Source: a virus. From it: 64,000 nucleotides of DNA. Numbering within the stretch: the stretch's first letter is position 1; every line of letters starts with the position of its first letter. A model generated the notes under the pieces. The model worked only from the letters and a program-made list of their open reading frames with translations. It did not search any database and was not told the DNA's origin. Shown here piece after piece: positions 19,602 through 31,657 of this stretch. The position numbers were made by a program, and so were the translations under genes. The stretch is from IMG/VR virus record IMGVR_UViG_3300020034_000010, positions 7,264 through 71,263 of that record; one strand, 5' to 3'.

Positions 19602-22600
19602 ATGATCGAGACCGTCGAAGAACTCCACGAGTACGTGAACCGTTACCACGTCACAGCACGCATCGACGACATCGAGGGGCGCCTGTCGATCCGCGGGGGC
19701 AAGGCGGTCGGCATCAGCTACAAAACCGAGCGAGGGAGCTGGCTGATGCTCGGGGTTGACGAGGCTGACATCGGCCGTCTGGAGATTGGTACTAGTGACA
19801 GTTGGGTCAGCCTAGAAGACTTCGACGAGAAGGCCACTGCACAGCGGATTGAACGATTCGAGAAGCTGAGCAATTTGGAAATGGCGACCGATAACTACCT
19901 TCGCGCTGCGACTGCCCTGGTCGAGGCTCACGAAGCCCTGGGCGCCGAAGACCAGGACGCCTTGCAACTCCCAGAGTTCCCGATTGTTCCAGCGCCGCCG
20001 GTGAGGATCTCCGCGCATCGAGAGGCGATCAAGTGAGCTGATGGGCGACTTCGAGAAGCGCACCTACTACGTAGTTCGCGACCGCACCGGTGCAACCTAT
20101 AGCGCTCTGCGGGCGCCGGAGCCGTCTTACTCCCGGGGAGATATCGAGCCGCCGGGGCAGAAGATCGAGGCATATACGTCGGAGGAAGCAATCGCCCTCG
20201 TTGCGCGGGGAATGGTCACCCAGACAGAGATTCTCGTGCCGCTGAGTCGGGAAGCGATGGTCGGCTTCCTGGGGCTCGGCCACCCCCATAGCGCGACGTG
20301 GTTCGCCGAGCTAAAACACACCTTCGAAGAAATGACCGGCGAAAAGATGTCGGACAAGTTCTCCGACGAGCCCCGGGTCTTTACTGCCAAAGAAATGACC
20401 GCACTAGTAATGGCGATGGCGCGCGCTTACGGTCACGGCACGACGATCATGGCCCACGTCAACTCGAATAAAGAACTGACGCCCGATAGTGCTAAAGCAA
20501 TCGAGATGATCGTTCGAGCGGCCTATAACGAGATGCTGATCGGAGAGTAATGTCTTACACAAAGAAACAGATGGAGAATGCCGTCACAGCCGTGATGCAT
20601 TGGAAGTTCCCTCACGGCATGGTTGACGAAAGCCTCGTTCGTAACTACGAAGACGTGGTGCGCAAACACCTGGAGATCGCGGCGCCGATCCTGACTGGCG
20701 TGGATGATCATGACTTTCGTTTGGGGGAGGCGTTTCGCGAGATCGGCCTGCCGGAGGACACGATTCGTCGTGCTCAGAAGGGGCACTGGTCTGATTTCAA
20801 GTCACCCCTTGACGGACCGAAGTTGGAGCTTGTCGAGATGCTGCGGAGGAAGGGCGGGGAAGGCGTCGATGGGGCAGGGGCGCTCGCGCAGAGGGTTATG
20901 ACGGGTGAGTTCGATGGCTGAGGAGGTCATTACTCGTTATATCTGCAAAGACTGCGGTCGTGACTGCTCCGCGGAGACGATCGATCTTGACGAAGGTCGG
21001 AAGAAATGCACCAAACGTATCCACAGGTCGATGCCGGTCAAGCGGATCTACTTCAACATCAAAGGCGTGGCAGCAGCGCTTAGGCTCGGCGAATCAGCCC
21101 GCACCCCGGAAGACGGCTTCTGGGAAGGTGGCGCCGAGGAGGAGTCGGAGCGCGTGCTGGCTTACCGTCAGGGTGTGCGCGAGGGGATCGCTATCGCTCG
21201 GGCGGACCTGAAGAGGATGGTCGATGCCTGACTCCAAGGCGGTGCTGACCATCGCGCGCGAGATGTGGGAGCAGGTCCACGATCGCCAGTGGAAAACGGC
21301 CTCGATCGAAGAACAGCGCCGGTGGTGCAACTGGGCTCGGTCGGCTCTGGTCAAGGCCCATGTCGAGTAAGCCGCTCCCGGACATGTCGCACATGTTCGA
21401 CCGCTGGGATCGGCGCCGGCGACCAAAGCTGAACCCTCGGAAGTGCAAACATCCGACGGCTGCGCTGAGCGTTCATGGGCTTGCCCTCCTGCGGGTGGGC
21501 AAGACCGTCCACTGTCCCGGCTGCAATGGCGCCCTGCGGCTCAGGTGAGCGAGCGCGCCAACATCCGGGCTGTGCGCACCTACCTCGACGAGGCCAAGTC
21601 CGACCGACTGGCGATCGATCTGATGGTGGCCGCTGCCGCTGGCGACGACCTGCCGACCGCGGTCAAGCGCCTTGAAGAATCACTGGCCAATCTGCCGCCG
21701 ACCAAAAAGGCGATCAAGGCCAACTACGTGTGGAATGATCTCGTTGAACGGACCCGCGAAATGATGGAACTCTGCGTGCGCGACTTCAAGCTGCTGATCA
21801 AACGCGAGGCTGCGGGGTGAGCTACGACTATCGCGACATCGAAGCTGCCTTCAGGTGCGCCGGGGACTCACAGGACCGGCCGACGCTGCAAGAGGCGAAG
21901 GGAAAGGTGTTCGCGCACCTGGAGGGTCGCTGTGACTGCCTCGTCGGCCGATGCCCGGCCTGCGGCGAGCGTGAATCCGGCGGCATGCAGATCCACCTTT
22001 TTCAATGCCCGTTGTTGTTACTCGCTCCGTTAGAAATGCCGTAAAGAGCACGATATTCGGACAGTCCCCTGCACATCTCACTCGGATGTGTATATGTTCC
22101 CGCGACATGCACGAACCACTCACCACAGCAGAGGCCAAGGCCCTCCTCGATCACATCGCCGGCGCCCATGACGCGGTGATCGACTCGGCCATCTCGAAGC
22201 TCACGCACATGCTGGAGCGCGAAGCGCCACGAGAGCTGCCTGCGAACCCGATCGAGCGGATCTGGACCTGCAAGATCGGCGCGCAGCTCAACGGCCGTCT
22301 CAGGGTCGCAGATCGCCCGATGATGCTCGCGGTGCAGGAGGCATTTGGCGAGATGCTGATGGCGCCGGAGGAATTCATGTTCAGCGGCTGGGGCGGGTCG
22401 CTCACGGAGATCGAGCGCGCGTCGGTCGAGGATCGGATGCCTGATCCACTGAGAGTCGAAGTGTTCCCGTCCGACGCTGCCTCGGTGCTCCAGCTCCTGA
22501 ACGAGATGGATCTCACCTGCGATCTGCCCGAGGACACCCGGGGCCGGCTTCGCAATCTTCAGAGGTCGGATCTGTGACGATCGACGACGAGAAGGTCAGG

Positions 22601-24081
22601 AAGCTCGCCGACGGGCATGGGCTCAACCTGGACGAAGGCAACAGGATCATGCTTGCCCTTGGCCGTGGGCAGGGTGACGAGGGCTTCAACGAGGGGCAGC
22701 TCGCTCAGGCCCTGCATGCCGTCTACAGGATGCGCACGATGGGGGTCGTCGCGCATATGATCCTGAAAGGCGAAATGGACATAATGATCAAGGACGGTGA
22801 AGTTCGCTATACCACCAACCCGTCCTTCGCCCCCGAAGAGAAACCCGATGAGTGACGAGGCACCGAAATACGACATCCTCCGAGTCCAGGCGGGAGTCAC
22901 AATCGCTGTGGTCAAGGACGCAACACACGTCCAGACTGTCGGGATCGTCAAGTTGGTCTGGGGCAATATCCCCGACGATCTTGTCGGCGATCGACAGGAG
23001 CCCACCGACAAGGGGGAGTGGAAGTTTCACCTTGGTGGTACTGACTGGATGTTGGTGAAACGTCATGGCTGACACCATCGTCTTCGAAGACATTCTGATC
23101 CTCCTGCCCGAGGGCGCGCTGCTCAGCCTCAAAAACCACGCCAGCGGCGAATCGGTGAGGGCACACACCGAGCTGGACGAGGATCGAGAGAGCTACTGGG
23201 CGACGATCGCCAATGCCTTCGAGAATGCGATCAAGGGGCAGCAGCAAGTGAGGGCCGGCGCCATTGGACCGCAGGAGACCGGCCTGCGCCTCGGCGATGT
23301 GTGGGGGCTGTACGAATCCTTCCGTAAGGAAATGGAGTCCGAGGGCGAGGGGCGCCTAGAGGGCATCGACGAAATCACCAGCAACTTCTTCACCAAACTC
23401 GACCACATCTTGCGCGGCGACTCTGGTCACCAGGAGCCCGACGAGATGAACGCGCGCCGCGTGCAGTACTTCAAAGAATTCCTCGCCCAGAACGGATGGG
23501 GATGAAGGTCGAAGTCGAGATACGCAACGGTCGGACGGCCTTCAGGTTCGCTAAACGAGGACTGTTGCTCAAGGCAATTGAAAGAAAACCCGCCGATAGG
23601 CAACAGGCCAGCATCCCCTGCGAGATCCGGCACAACGTGGACGACGGGTTCATTCCTGGACGTGTGCGATTCCTTAGCGCCAATTCGATCTCATACGTCC
23701 TGGAGCTACCCGAGGAGGAGTCATGAACGGACCAGTCCTTACCGTGAAGTGTGTCGGCTGCGGCGAGAAGAAAGACCTCAAACCGGGAGACGTGCCCGCC
23801 GGCGAGATGCCGATGTGCGACAAATGCTTCAACCCGATGGTTGCCCAGAGCGCGAAGGTTGGCTGATGGCGCAGGACAACACTCGCGAGTGCCCGATCGA
23901 CGGTTGCAGTAACCGTCACAGTCGCTCGAAACTGATGTGCAAAGAACACTGGTACAAAGTTCCGAAAGAACTGCGCGACCGAGTGTGGTCCACCTACCGC
24001 AGCGAGGGCGTTTTCTCCGAGGAGTACATGGACGCCCGGGACGCGGCGATCGGCGCCGTGGAAGAACGGTTGGCTGCATAA
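19602..24081 (+). CDS. Run of small accessory genes, many Cys-rich zinc-binding
   Basis: e.g. 19602-20036, 20041-20550, 20550-20921, 21360-21548, 21817-22044, 22107-22577, 22574-22855, 23065-23505, 23723-23866 (zinc ribbon), 23866-24081 (C..C..MC..HW). Confidence 0.6.
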
Positions 24082-24220
24082 ATGTCTAGCTCTGCGGAAA
24101 ATGCGGCAACTTCGTATAATCTTCCGACCGGCGGGGCTACGGTCTCGTGCCCCGTCGGTATATTCACTCCGGCTCCAGTGGCGCACCGGGGCAGGATAAT
24201 GCGACCTGGAGCCTAAACTT

Positions 24221-25828
24221 ATGGACGACGAGACCAAAGAGAAGCTGGCAAAGGTAATGGACAAGGTGGTCGAGCTGGACGCCGACCTGTCCCTGACCTC
24301 GAAGGGGTACGGCAAGGTCGAATGGTCGATCGGCATCCACTTCGGCGAGGAGACGCCCGGCAGCTCGATGGTCGCCGGCGCCAGCTACGGCATCGGCGAC
24401 ACGCTCAGTGAAGCCCTGGACGGGCCGATCAGCGACTTCAAGCTGTGACCCGCGAAGAACAGATCCGGCGCATCGAAGAGGCCATTCACTACGCCGCCGC
24501 GGATGACATGCTCAGCATCAACGAGCTGTCGGAGCATGCCCAGCGCCAGCTACACGATAAGGCCGTGGCTGCGCTGGCGTCACTGGAGCACCCGCCGATC
24601 CACATCTACACCCCCCGGGAAGCGCTGCTGATGATCCGCGGCCTCGTCCACACCGTCAGGGCCGGCGGCATGTCCCGCGATCTCAAGAGGCAGTTCGACG
24701 AGATGACGCTGGCCGGGCTCACCGGTCGCGAGGATTTCCTGATCACCGATCGTCTCAGCGACAAGCTCGCAGAGGCGCACGCGATCCTGGGTGAGCTTGC
24801 GGAAACGGCTCCCGGCACGCCCGAGTTCTTTGCCCTACTTGCCCGAGCCCGAGAGGCCCGCGTATTGGGACCCGATCTTGAGGCCATGATTGAGCATCGA
24901 ATGACCAGGGTCTAGTGGACCTTGGTGGACCAGTAATCGAGACCAACGCCGGGAGGCAAAGATGGACACCAAGGTGACTCCGACGCAATCGAAGATCCTT
25001 GCCGAATGCGTCAAGAAGGCTTATGACAACGGCTGGGATGGCAGCCTTCAGAAGACCACTCTTCGGCCGAAGCTTGGCAGGGAGGGAACCGAACCGACGC
25101 GTCTCGCCATGGAGGCCAAGGGCCTACTGGAGTGGGGCAAGTCGTCAACCAACTCCGGCCAGTTCTATCTCACGGCTGCGGGTGTTGCCGCCGGCAATGA
25201 CTTCTACCTCAAACGACACGGTGGGACTGCTGAGGCGGACGCCAAGATCAAGCGCACCAAAGAACAGGAAGAGGCGCAGGCCGAGCAGGACAAGGTTGAT
25301 CACGCCGCCCATCTTTTCCGCGGCCTGAATTCAGCGACCAGGGCTCGCGGCGGCACCAAGGCCATGTCGAGCAGGATCAAGAAGCGACAGTGGGGCGAAG
25401 TCCGTCTCTCGATCGACGATCTGATCGCGCTCGGCGAAGGCATTGAGAAGCTTCGCTGAGCTGGTGAGGGATCTCTACAAGAAGCTGGAATTTGATCGCT
25501 ATCCGCCACCGTGGGCGTCGATCATCATCCTCTGCCAGGCGCTGACGATCATCGGATTGCGAGGTATCGGGTGAGCGTCCCTGTCCGGCCTCCGGGCCTG
25601 GTGACAGTACGCTGGTTCGGGATGTCCGACACCACAAAGGAGTTCAGCGGGATTCGGCTTGACGACGCCCTTTGTCAGGCAGTCAGAACGTGGTTCCCGT
25701 CGAACGAGGCACCTGATCGATTCGTCCTTCCAGTCGTGATCGAGAGGGATGGAAAACGTATGACTGACGAGGAGGCCGAAGCCTACGTCAGGAAGGAGTT
25801 CGCAGTGAAACGCGCCACCCGAACCTGA
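24221..25828 (+). CDS. Hypothetical genes (24221-24448, 24445-24915, 24962-25459, ~25622-25828)
   Basis: ORFs downstream of a TATAAT at 24115. Confidence 0.6.
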
Positions 25829-25892
25829 CGGTGTTCCCCTCCGTCGGTGTTAGATGCAACAATGCGTTTTTCCGCAAACTGGAAGGAGTTCG

Positions 25893-26240
25893 ATGAACGC
25901 ACTGGATGAGGCACGCGGGTTGGTACAGAACCGACTTGCAGACCTCAACGATGAGAAGGCTCGCTTGGAGCGGGCCTTGAAGGAGCTGGACGGCGGCGTG
26001 AAACGTGGGCGTCCCCGCAAAGCTGCTTCAAGCACAGGCAAATCGCGGCGGAAACGCCGTGGCGGGACGCGGGCGAACGAGGCGGTCAAACTGATCGCCA
26101 AGCACCCCGGCATCACCGCGTCCGAGATCGCGAAGGCGATGAAGATCAAGCCCAACTACCTGTACCGGGTCCTCGCGGATCTGGAGAAGCAGAAGTTGGT
26201 CAAGAAGGACGGACGGAAGTACACCGCCGTCAAGAAGTAG
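25893..26240 (+). CDS. Nucleoid-associated-like DNA-binding protein (coiled coil, AT-hook, winged HTH)
   Basis: AAGGAG RBS; RGRPRK; HPGITASEIAKAMKIKPNYLYRVL; has its own terminator. Confidence 0.8.
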   Translation: MNALDEARGLVQNRLADLNDEKARLERALKELDGGVKRGRPRKAASSTGKSRRKRRGGTRANEAVKLIAKHPGITASEIAKAMKIKPNYLYRVLADLEKQKLVKKDGRKYTAVKK

Positions 26241-26250
26241 CGGTGGCGGT

Positions 26251-26302
26251 GTACCGGGCGCCCTGGTGAAGACGGCCAGGGCGCCCGTACGTTTCTCTTT
26301 TC
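26251..26302 (+). terminator. Rho-independent terminator
   Basis: CGGGCGCCCTGG/CCAGGGCGCCCG stem followed by a T-rich tract. Confidence 0.75.
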
Positions 26303-26757
26303 TCGGTGTTTGCGGAATCGTTTGACACCTTCGTCAAAACCTCTGATAGCTTCCCGCGCCGTGGCCGCATCCGACAAGATCATCCGTCTGCGGGTTCCGA
26401 GTCAGACGTTGAATAGGCGCCGGCTCGCCGAAGCCGAGGTCGTCATCGACAAAGACGGCATGGTGATCAAGAACCGGTTTGGTCCCGAGGGTCGGCAGGC
26501 GACCCAGGACGAGCTGGATCGCGCGGTCGAGGTCTATGGGTGAACACGACTTGCGGCGTTTGCGGCCAGATGTTGACTCCGGCGGATGTCGAGCACCGGA
26601 TCGAGATCGAGCAGGAAACCTACATCGGCGACATGGGCTGTCAGATGACCCTCGAAGTCTGGTATTGCAACAAGGGCGCGATCTGTAGTGCGGTCGCCGC
26701 AGCTAACAAGCTGGACGAGGTTGCCGAGACCTTCTTCTCCGTCGTGGGGACCCGAGA

Positions 26758-27513
26758 GTGAGTGACAAACAGGCCAGAGGCCCCGAGTGGGTCCGCGGGA
26801 CCCCTCAGTACGTCGCGGTCGCCGACCAGGCTGGCAAAGCCCAGGAGGCCGCGAGGACGGCCACTGCGGTCACTGACGAAGCGAGCTGTGCCTCCGCGGC
26901 CGAGCTGCTCTCCAAGGTCGCGAAGGTCGTCAAGTACATCGAAAAGCAGCGACTCGACACCACTGAGCCCTACCGGAAGTCCACGGACGCGATCAACGCG
27001 GAGTTCAAAGAGCTGGCGGCTCCCCTTGTCGGTGTTGAAACCCGTCTCCGCGAGGAGGTCGAGGACTTCGAAGCGAAACGGCGCGCGGCGGAGGCTGAGG
27101 CACGGCGCAAACACGAGGCTGAAGTCGCCGAGCATGAGCGCAAAGTTCGCGAGGCCGAGGAAGCCCGACTCAAAGCCGAGGAGGACGCCCGGATCGCGGC
27201 TGAGCAGGCTGCCGCCGCCGCCAAAGCCGCGGCCGAACCCCCGCCGCCTCCACCCCCGCCGCCGGAGCCCGCCCCGGCTCCCCCTCCTCCGCCACCACCC
27301 CCGCCACCGCCGGCGGCGAGCGGCAAACGATCGACCACTACTGGCTCGGTCAGCACCAGGACCGAATGGAAGTACGAAGTCATCAACTTCGCTGAGCTGC
27401 CCGATGACCTGAAGATCCTCAATCAGGCCGAGGCGACTCGACGTGTCAGGGGCGGCGATCGAAACATTCCTGGCCTGCGGATCTATCCGGTCGAGAAATC
27501 ACACGTTCGATGA
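26758..27513 (+). CDS. Coiled-coil protein with Gp157/Gam-like C-terminal domain and poly-Pro linker
   Basis: WKYEVINFAELP...IPGLRIY C-terminus. Confidence 0.55.
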   Translation: MSDKQARGPEWVRGTPQYVAVADQAGKAQEAARTATAVTDEASCASAAELLSKVAKVVKYIEKQRLDTTEPYRKSTDAINAEFKELAAPLVGVETRLREEVEDFEAKRRAAEAEARRKHEAEVAEHERKVREAEEARLKAEEDARIAAEQAAAAAKAAAEPPPPPPPPPEPAPAPPPPPPPPPPPAASGKRSTTTGSVSTRTEWKYEVINFAELPDDLKILNQAEATRRVRGGDRNIPGLRIYPVEKSHVR

Positions 27514-29162
27514 CCGCATATTCCCCGGCCGACCTGGACCAAGCCTTCGAGTGCGCGGCGCGGTTAAAGCTCTCCGAGAGCGTGGATTCGGTGAGGGTCA
27601 GGGTGCAGGCCCATCTCAACGGAGAATGTAAGTGTCAGCTCCAGCGGTGCGAGAGCTGCGGCAAACGGGTACTAAATGGAATCCCGCGACACACGGACGA
27701 ATGTCCACGTAGGAGGGGCAAGTGATCTCCTTCAAAAATCGCGAAGAGCTGGTCAAGTTCGTGCAGGCGTGCTCTGACTCGGAGTACTCCCCGGAAGAAG
27801 TGGTCGATGACCTGATCAAGGATATGCACGAGGCTGGCGAGATCACCGTCTACGCGCTGGAGGCAGAGCGGTTCTTGAAAGACGGGGTAAGGGCCTTCAA
27901 TGCTCTCGGTGACACCCAGGAGAACGCCCAGCTCTCTGCCCTGCTGGGGATCGGCTTCGCTCTAATGCACGGCGCCGAGAACGCCGAGATGTTTTATGCC
28001 GGCTTTCTCGATCGCACGCGGGCGGAAGAGCGATGAAGATCAAAAGTCGCATCGGCCTTCGCCGGGCGGCACCCACCACCGTCGAGTCGTCCACAGTGCT
28101 GGTCGTGCTCAGTAAAGGTGACACCGAGGTTTACAGGGTCGAGCTGCCGACGGAGGTTGCTCGCGACGAGGATGGGCTCTACGTCGCCCTGTCTCCGCAC
28201 GAGCGTAGTCTTGGCGAGGACGTTACCTGGGACGGCATCTCAATTCAGGCCCGATATAGACGGCGCGATGTGTGACGAAGAGGATGAGGACTTCGACGAT
28301 CGTGACGCCCGGGAAGTCCGAGAGGACGAAGAATATGAGGACGCCGATCGCAAAATCGACGCTGCAAAACTTGGGGACATCGATCTTGATGTGGACTGGT
28401 TCCCCCCGAAGGGTAGATCAGGCATGAGGAAACGTGGCGCCTGAACAAGTCACCAAGAACTTGGCCCGCGGGCGCATCGACCGGATCGGGGCGATCTTCT
28501 GGGGCATCCATGATGTCGAGGAGATCGTAGTGCGGGTTTTGGCTGACTACGCGCTCGTTGGAGGCGCCCCGATCGATGTGTTGAAGCAGCGTGCGAAAAA
28601 ACGAGTGGAGGAAATGCATGCGAATCAAAGTTGAGATGGGCGAAGGTAGGGATAAGTCTCAGAAGGTCACCACCGAGGACGGGGAGATCATCGAGGGGGT
28701 CAAGGAGTGCCGCTGGGTGGCGGGCACGCAGGGACCCCCGATGCTCCAGCTCGATCTCTATGCGGAGAAAGTCGAGTTCGATCTCGGCAGCAACGAGCCG
28801 GCCGAAGGCCCCTCGGAGGCAGAGGCCCCGGCTTGAACTTCGAGCTTCGAGAGTACGTTTGGGATCGGGTGTGGAAGAGCCCGGCGATGGTCGTCGCCTT
28901 CAAAGAGGAGAACGAGCGATACACCGTCGTGGAGATCGTCTCTTCCCAGCAGAAGTACGGTCGCGTTGCCAAGCGGATGGAGTCCGATCTCTGCCGCTTC
29001 GTGAAGCTGATCGTGCCCGAGGACGAGGCCGAGCTGGCTGAGCGATTGGTCGGCTTTGGCGTCGGAGAGCACATGACGAAGGTGGAGCGCGAGCTTGCTG
29101 ATGACTTCGCGAACCGAGTGCTCGGAGCCCGGCAGCGCCGCGGGATCGTTCAGAAAGCCTGA
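27510..29162 (+). CDS. Run of small hypothetical genes
   Basis: 27510-27725, 27722-28036, 28033-28275, 28268-28444, 28434-28634, 28618-28836, ~28833-29162. Confidence 0.55.
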
Positions 29163-29332
29163 TGAACATCGAGAAGAACGAGCTGGTTTCGATGACGACG
29201 ATTCGGCGTGAGCTGACCGATCGCGTTGACGACCTCCAGGAGGGCCGACTGGAGAAGATCGTTATCACTCGCAACGGCAACTTCGAGGCGGTGCTGCTCA
29301 GCGTCCCTGAGTACGAGGGGTTGATCGAGTGA
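29162..29332 (+). CDS. Phd/YefM-family antitoxin-like protein (56 aa; below the ORF-track cutoff)
   Basis: LVSMTTIRRELTDRVDDLQEGRLEKIVITRNGNFEAVLLSVPEYEGL. Confidence 0.75.
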   Translation: MNIEKNELVSMTTIRRELTDRVDDLQEGRLEKIVITRNGNFEAVLLSVPEYEGLIE

Positions 29333-29628
29333 ACCAGGACAGCGGCGGCAAACCACACGTAACGGTTGGCGAGCTTCCCGACAAAAGCGATCGTGTCGAG
29401 GAGCTGTGGATCTTGGTGGCGATCATGCCCGACGGCGGCGAGGGGATCTACGGCCAGACAGTCGAGGGGATGATGCTCAACTTCATCGCTCAGGACCCTG
29501 CGACCAAGGACGCGATGGAGAGCTTCCTGCGCGAGTCCGGCTCCGTGGAGGTTTGCCGCCGGCAGGATCGGACGCTGGAGTGGCGGCACGTCTATCTCCA
29601 CCCCGATGTCAAGGAAATCCTGACTTAG
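29329..29628 (+). CDS. Hypothetical protein
   Basis: GTGA-coupled ORF. Confidence 0.6.
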   Translation: MNQDSGGKPHVTVGELPDKSDRVEELWILVAIMPDGGEGIYGQTVEGMMLNFIAQDPATKDAMESFLRESGSVEVCRRQDRTLEWRHVYLHPDVKEILT

Positions 29629-29632
29629 CTCG

Positions 29633-30181
29633 GTGAAGAAGAAGCGCCCGAAGATCCCTCCGAAAGAGCTGCGCGAGCTGTGGGCGCAGATCCCTGACAT
29701 GAAGAACTGCCTGGGGGCTTGCGAGCGCTCCTGCGGTCCGATCGGCTGCTCCTCGATGGAGAAGAAGTTGATGGAGGACCGCGCCGGCCGTAAGCTCGGC
29801 ACCACGGGCAAGGACGCCGCGGAGCGATGCAACATGCTCGTGAATGGGCTATGCAGCGTGTACTCGATCCGGCCGTCGATCTGCCGACTCTGGGGCGTGG
29901 TTCCTTCCCTGCGTTGTCCGTATGGCTGTATCCCGGAGCGCGAACTCACTGACCGGGAGGGTTACGGCATCATGGCCGAAGCGATGGCGCTCGCGGGTGA
30001 TGCCGATGGTCACGATATGCAGGAGTTAATCCGAGCTGCGACCCCCGAGTTCTGGCAGAAGTTGAAGGAACACGCAGGCGGCGCGCCGGACCTCGGCGGG
30101 TCGATCGTTGCTTCCAGGCGTCCGGCGGCAAAGGCACTGTACGAGGCCGCAGCCGAGATTCGCAACCGAGTCGTAGATTAG
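29633..30181 (+). CDS. YkgJ-like (CxxCxxCC) Zn/Fe-S cluster protein
   Basis: CLGACERSC...CNML...CSVYSIRPSICR. Confidence 0.8.
   Translation: MKKKRPKIPPKELRELWAQIPDMKNCLGACERSCGPIGCSSMEKKLMEDRAGRKLGTTGKDAAERCNMLVNGLCSVYSIRPSICRLWGVVPSLRCPYGCIPERELTDREGYGIMAEAMALAGDADGHDMQELIRAATPEFWQKLKEHAGGAPDLGGSIVASRRPAAKALYEAAAEIRNRVVD
30171..30180 (+). promoter_or_regulatory. Late promoter motif TCGTAGATTA
   Basis: One of 7 copies; precedes the lysis genes. Confidence 0.65.
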
Positions 30182-30191
30182 AGAGGACGCC

Positions 30192-30962
30192 ATGAAGAAG
30201 AAGTTGACCGCCCGTCTCAAGGAAGCTGTCCACAAGCGGTCCCTCTTCGGGAAGGCGATGGAGATCGCCGATCGCCGGCGGCACGCCTTCAATAAACGGC
30301 TGACCGAGCAGAAGGAGAGGTTCGTCTCGCAGGAGGCGATCCTCCGCACCCTGAAGCAGCACGACTCGGCCGACGAGGAGCGCATTCAGGACGAGGAACA
30401 GGTTCTTTACCTCATCTATGGGAAACTGGAACGCCTGAGGAAGAAGCGCAACTTCTGGCGGGCTCGATATGTGGCCGCGCGGGAGCGTCACATGCACTGG
30501 GGCACGGTCCTTCGTCACCGTAAGGATCGAATCCGGGCGTGGGCTCAGAAGCACGAATCTTTCCAGCCCTATATGGCCAACGGCAAGCCATACGAGAAGC
30601 TCACCGACGAGGCGAAACACGGGATCTACCTGGACTTCAAGGAAGGTCTCTATGTCACTTCCACCTATGAGGGGTTCTCTGGCGACGGCGTGCATACGCC
30701 AACGTCCTACCACTACATCACTAATCAGCCCGAAGAAAAGGGGCGGTGCTGGGACGCCGGCAGCACCAAGCTCTCGGTGATGGAAGGCTGCCAGCGGCGA
30801 CAGACGAGTCAGTTCCCCTCTTACTTGACCGAGCAGTTCGGGCCGATCAACGACTTGGCCTACAAGAACGGCATTCGCGAGACTCTTCCCGAGGGGTCGG
30901 CGCTTGAGACCCTTCACGACAACCATGTCCACACCGACATCCGGGATGGTGCTTTTGCATGA
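30192..30962 (+). CDS. Putative endolysin, M15-like Zn peptidase with basic coiled-coil N-terminus
   Basis: VTST...H...SYHY...D...HDNHVH; lysis-cassette context. Confidence 0.6.
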   Translation: MKKKLTARLKEAVHKRSLFGKAMEIADRRRHAFNKRLTEQKERFVSQEAILRTLKQHDSADEERIQDEEQVLYLIYGKLERLRKKRNFWRARYVAARERHMHWGTVLRHRKDRIRAWAQKHESFQPYMANGKPYEKLTDEAKHGIYLDFKEGLYVTSTYEGFSGDGVHTPTSYHYITNQPEEKGRCWDAGSTKLSVMEGCQRRQTSQFPSYLTEQFGPINDLAYKNGIRETLPEGSALETLHDNHVHTDIRDGAFA

Positions 30963-31636
30963 AGATCGGCAAGCTCACATCGAAGCTGAAGGTGCGCAAG
31001 TCGCGGCGCGATCACCAGGCTGAGCTGTACAAGAAAACCGGCGAGCGCGGCCACGCGAAGGCTGCCAAGCGCCAGGCCAAGGCGGTGCGCTTCCTCAAGG
31101 GCCTGCTCCGCAAGGAGCGCCGGCGCCGCAAGCAGGTACCGCGGGTGATGTTCGATGACGTGACGGTCGATCTGATCCCGTCGAAGGCCGAGGCTGTCGC
31201 CGGCTACGTGGGCGGCAACTTCACCACCTGGCCGACGATTGTCCAGCGCTTCCCGCACGCCCACAAGCTCTCGATCGCGGTCAACACGAGCGAGTCCGCG
31301 CGCTGCCTCGACGTTGAGCCCGGCGATGCCACCCCGGCCGACGCTCCGGCCTGGCTCCGCCGCCAACAGCATCGCAACCCCCACTCGATCCCGGTCATCT
31401 ACGCCTCGATCTCGGCAATGCCCGAGGTCGTCGCAGCGATGGGTCGGGCGGGGATCAAGAGGAGCGAATACCTCCTCTGGTCAGCTCACTACACCTTCCA
31501 CGAGCACATCTGCGGGCCGAAGACCTGCGGATTTGCCACGAAGGTCGATGCAACGCAGTGGACTGACTCGGCCCTGGGTCGCAGCTTGGACCAGAGCCTG
31601 CTGTCGCCGGACTTCTTCGCCGACGGTCAGTCCTAA
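30959..31636 (+). CDS. Putative endolysin, GH25-like muramidase
   Basis: MFDD, AGYVGG, LDVEPGD, PVIYAS, WSAHY, ATQWT..DQS. Confidence 0.7.
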   Translation: MKIGKLTSKLKVRKSRRDHQAELYKKTGERGHAKAAKRQAKAVRFLKGLLRKERRRRKQVPRVMFDDVTVDLIPSKAEAVAGYVGGNFTTWPTIVQRFPHAHKLSIAVNTSESARCLDVEPGDATPADAPAWLRRQQHRNPHSIPVIYASISAMPEVVAAMGRAGIKRSEYLLWSAHYTFHEHICGPKTCGFATKVDATQWTDSALGRSLDQSLLSPDFFADGQS

Positions 31637-31657
31637 CCCAACCCAACGAAAGGAATC

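Noticed and set aside
24110-24170. CGTATAATC start resembling a purine riboswitch
   Set aside because: Lacks the ATATGG, TTTCTACC and CCGTAAA conserved segments.
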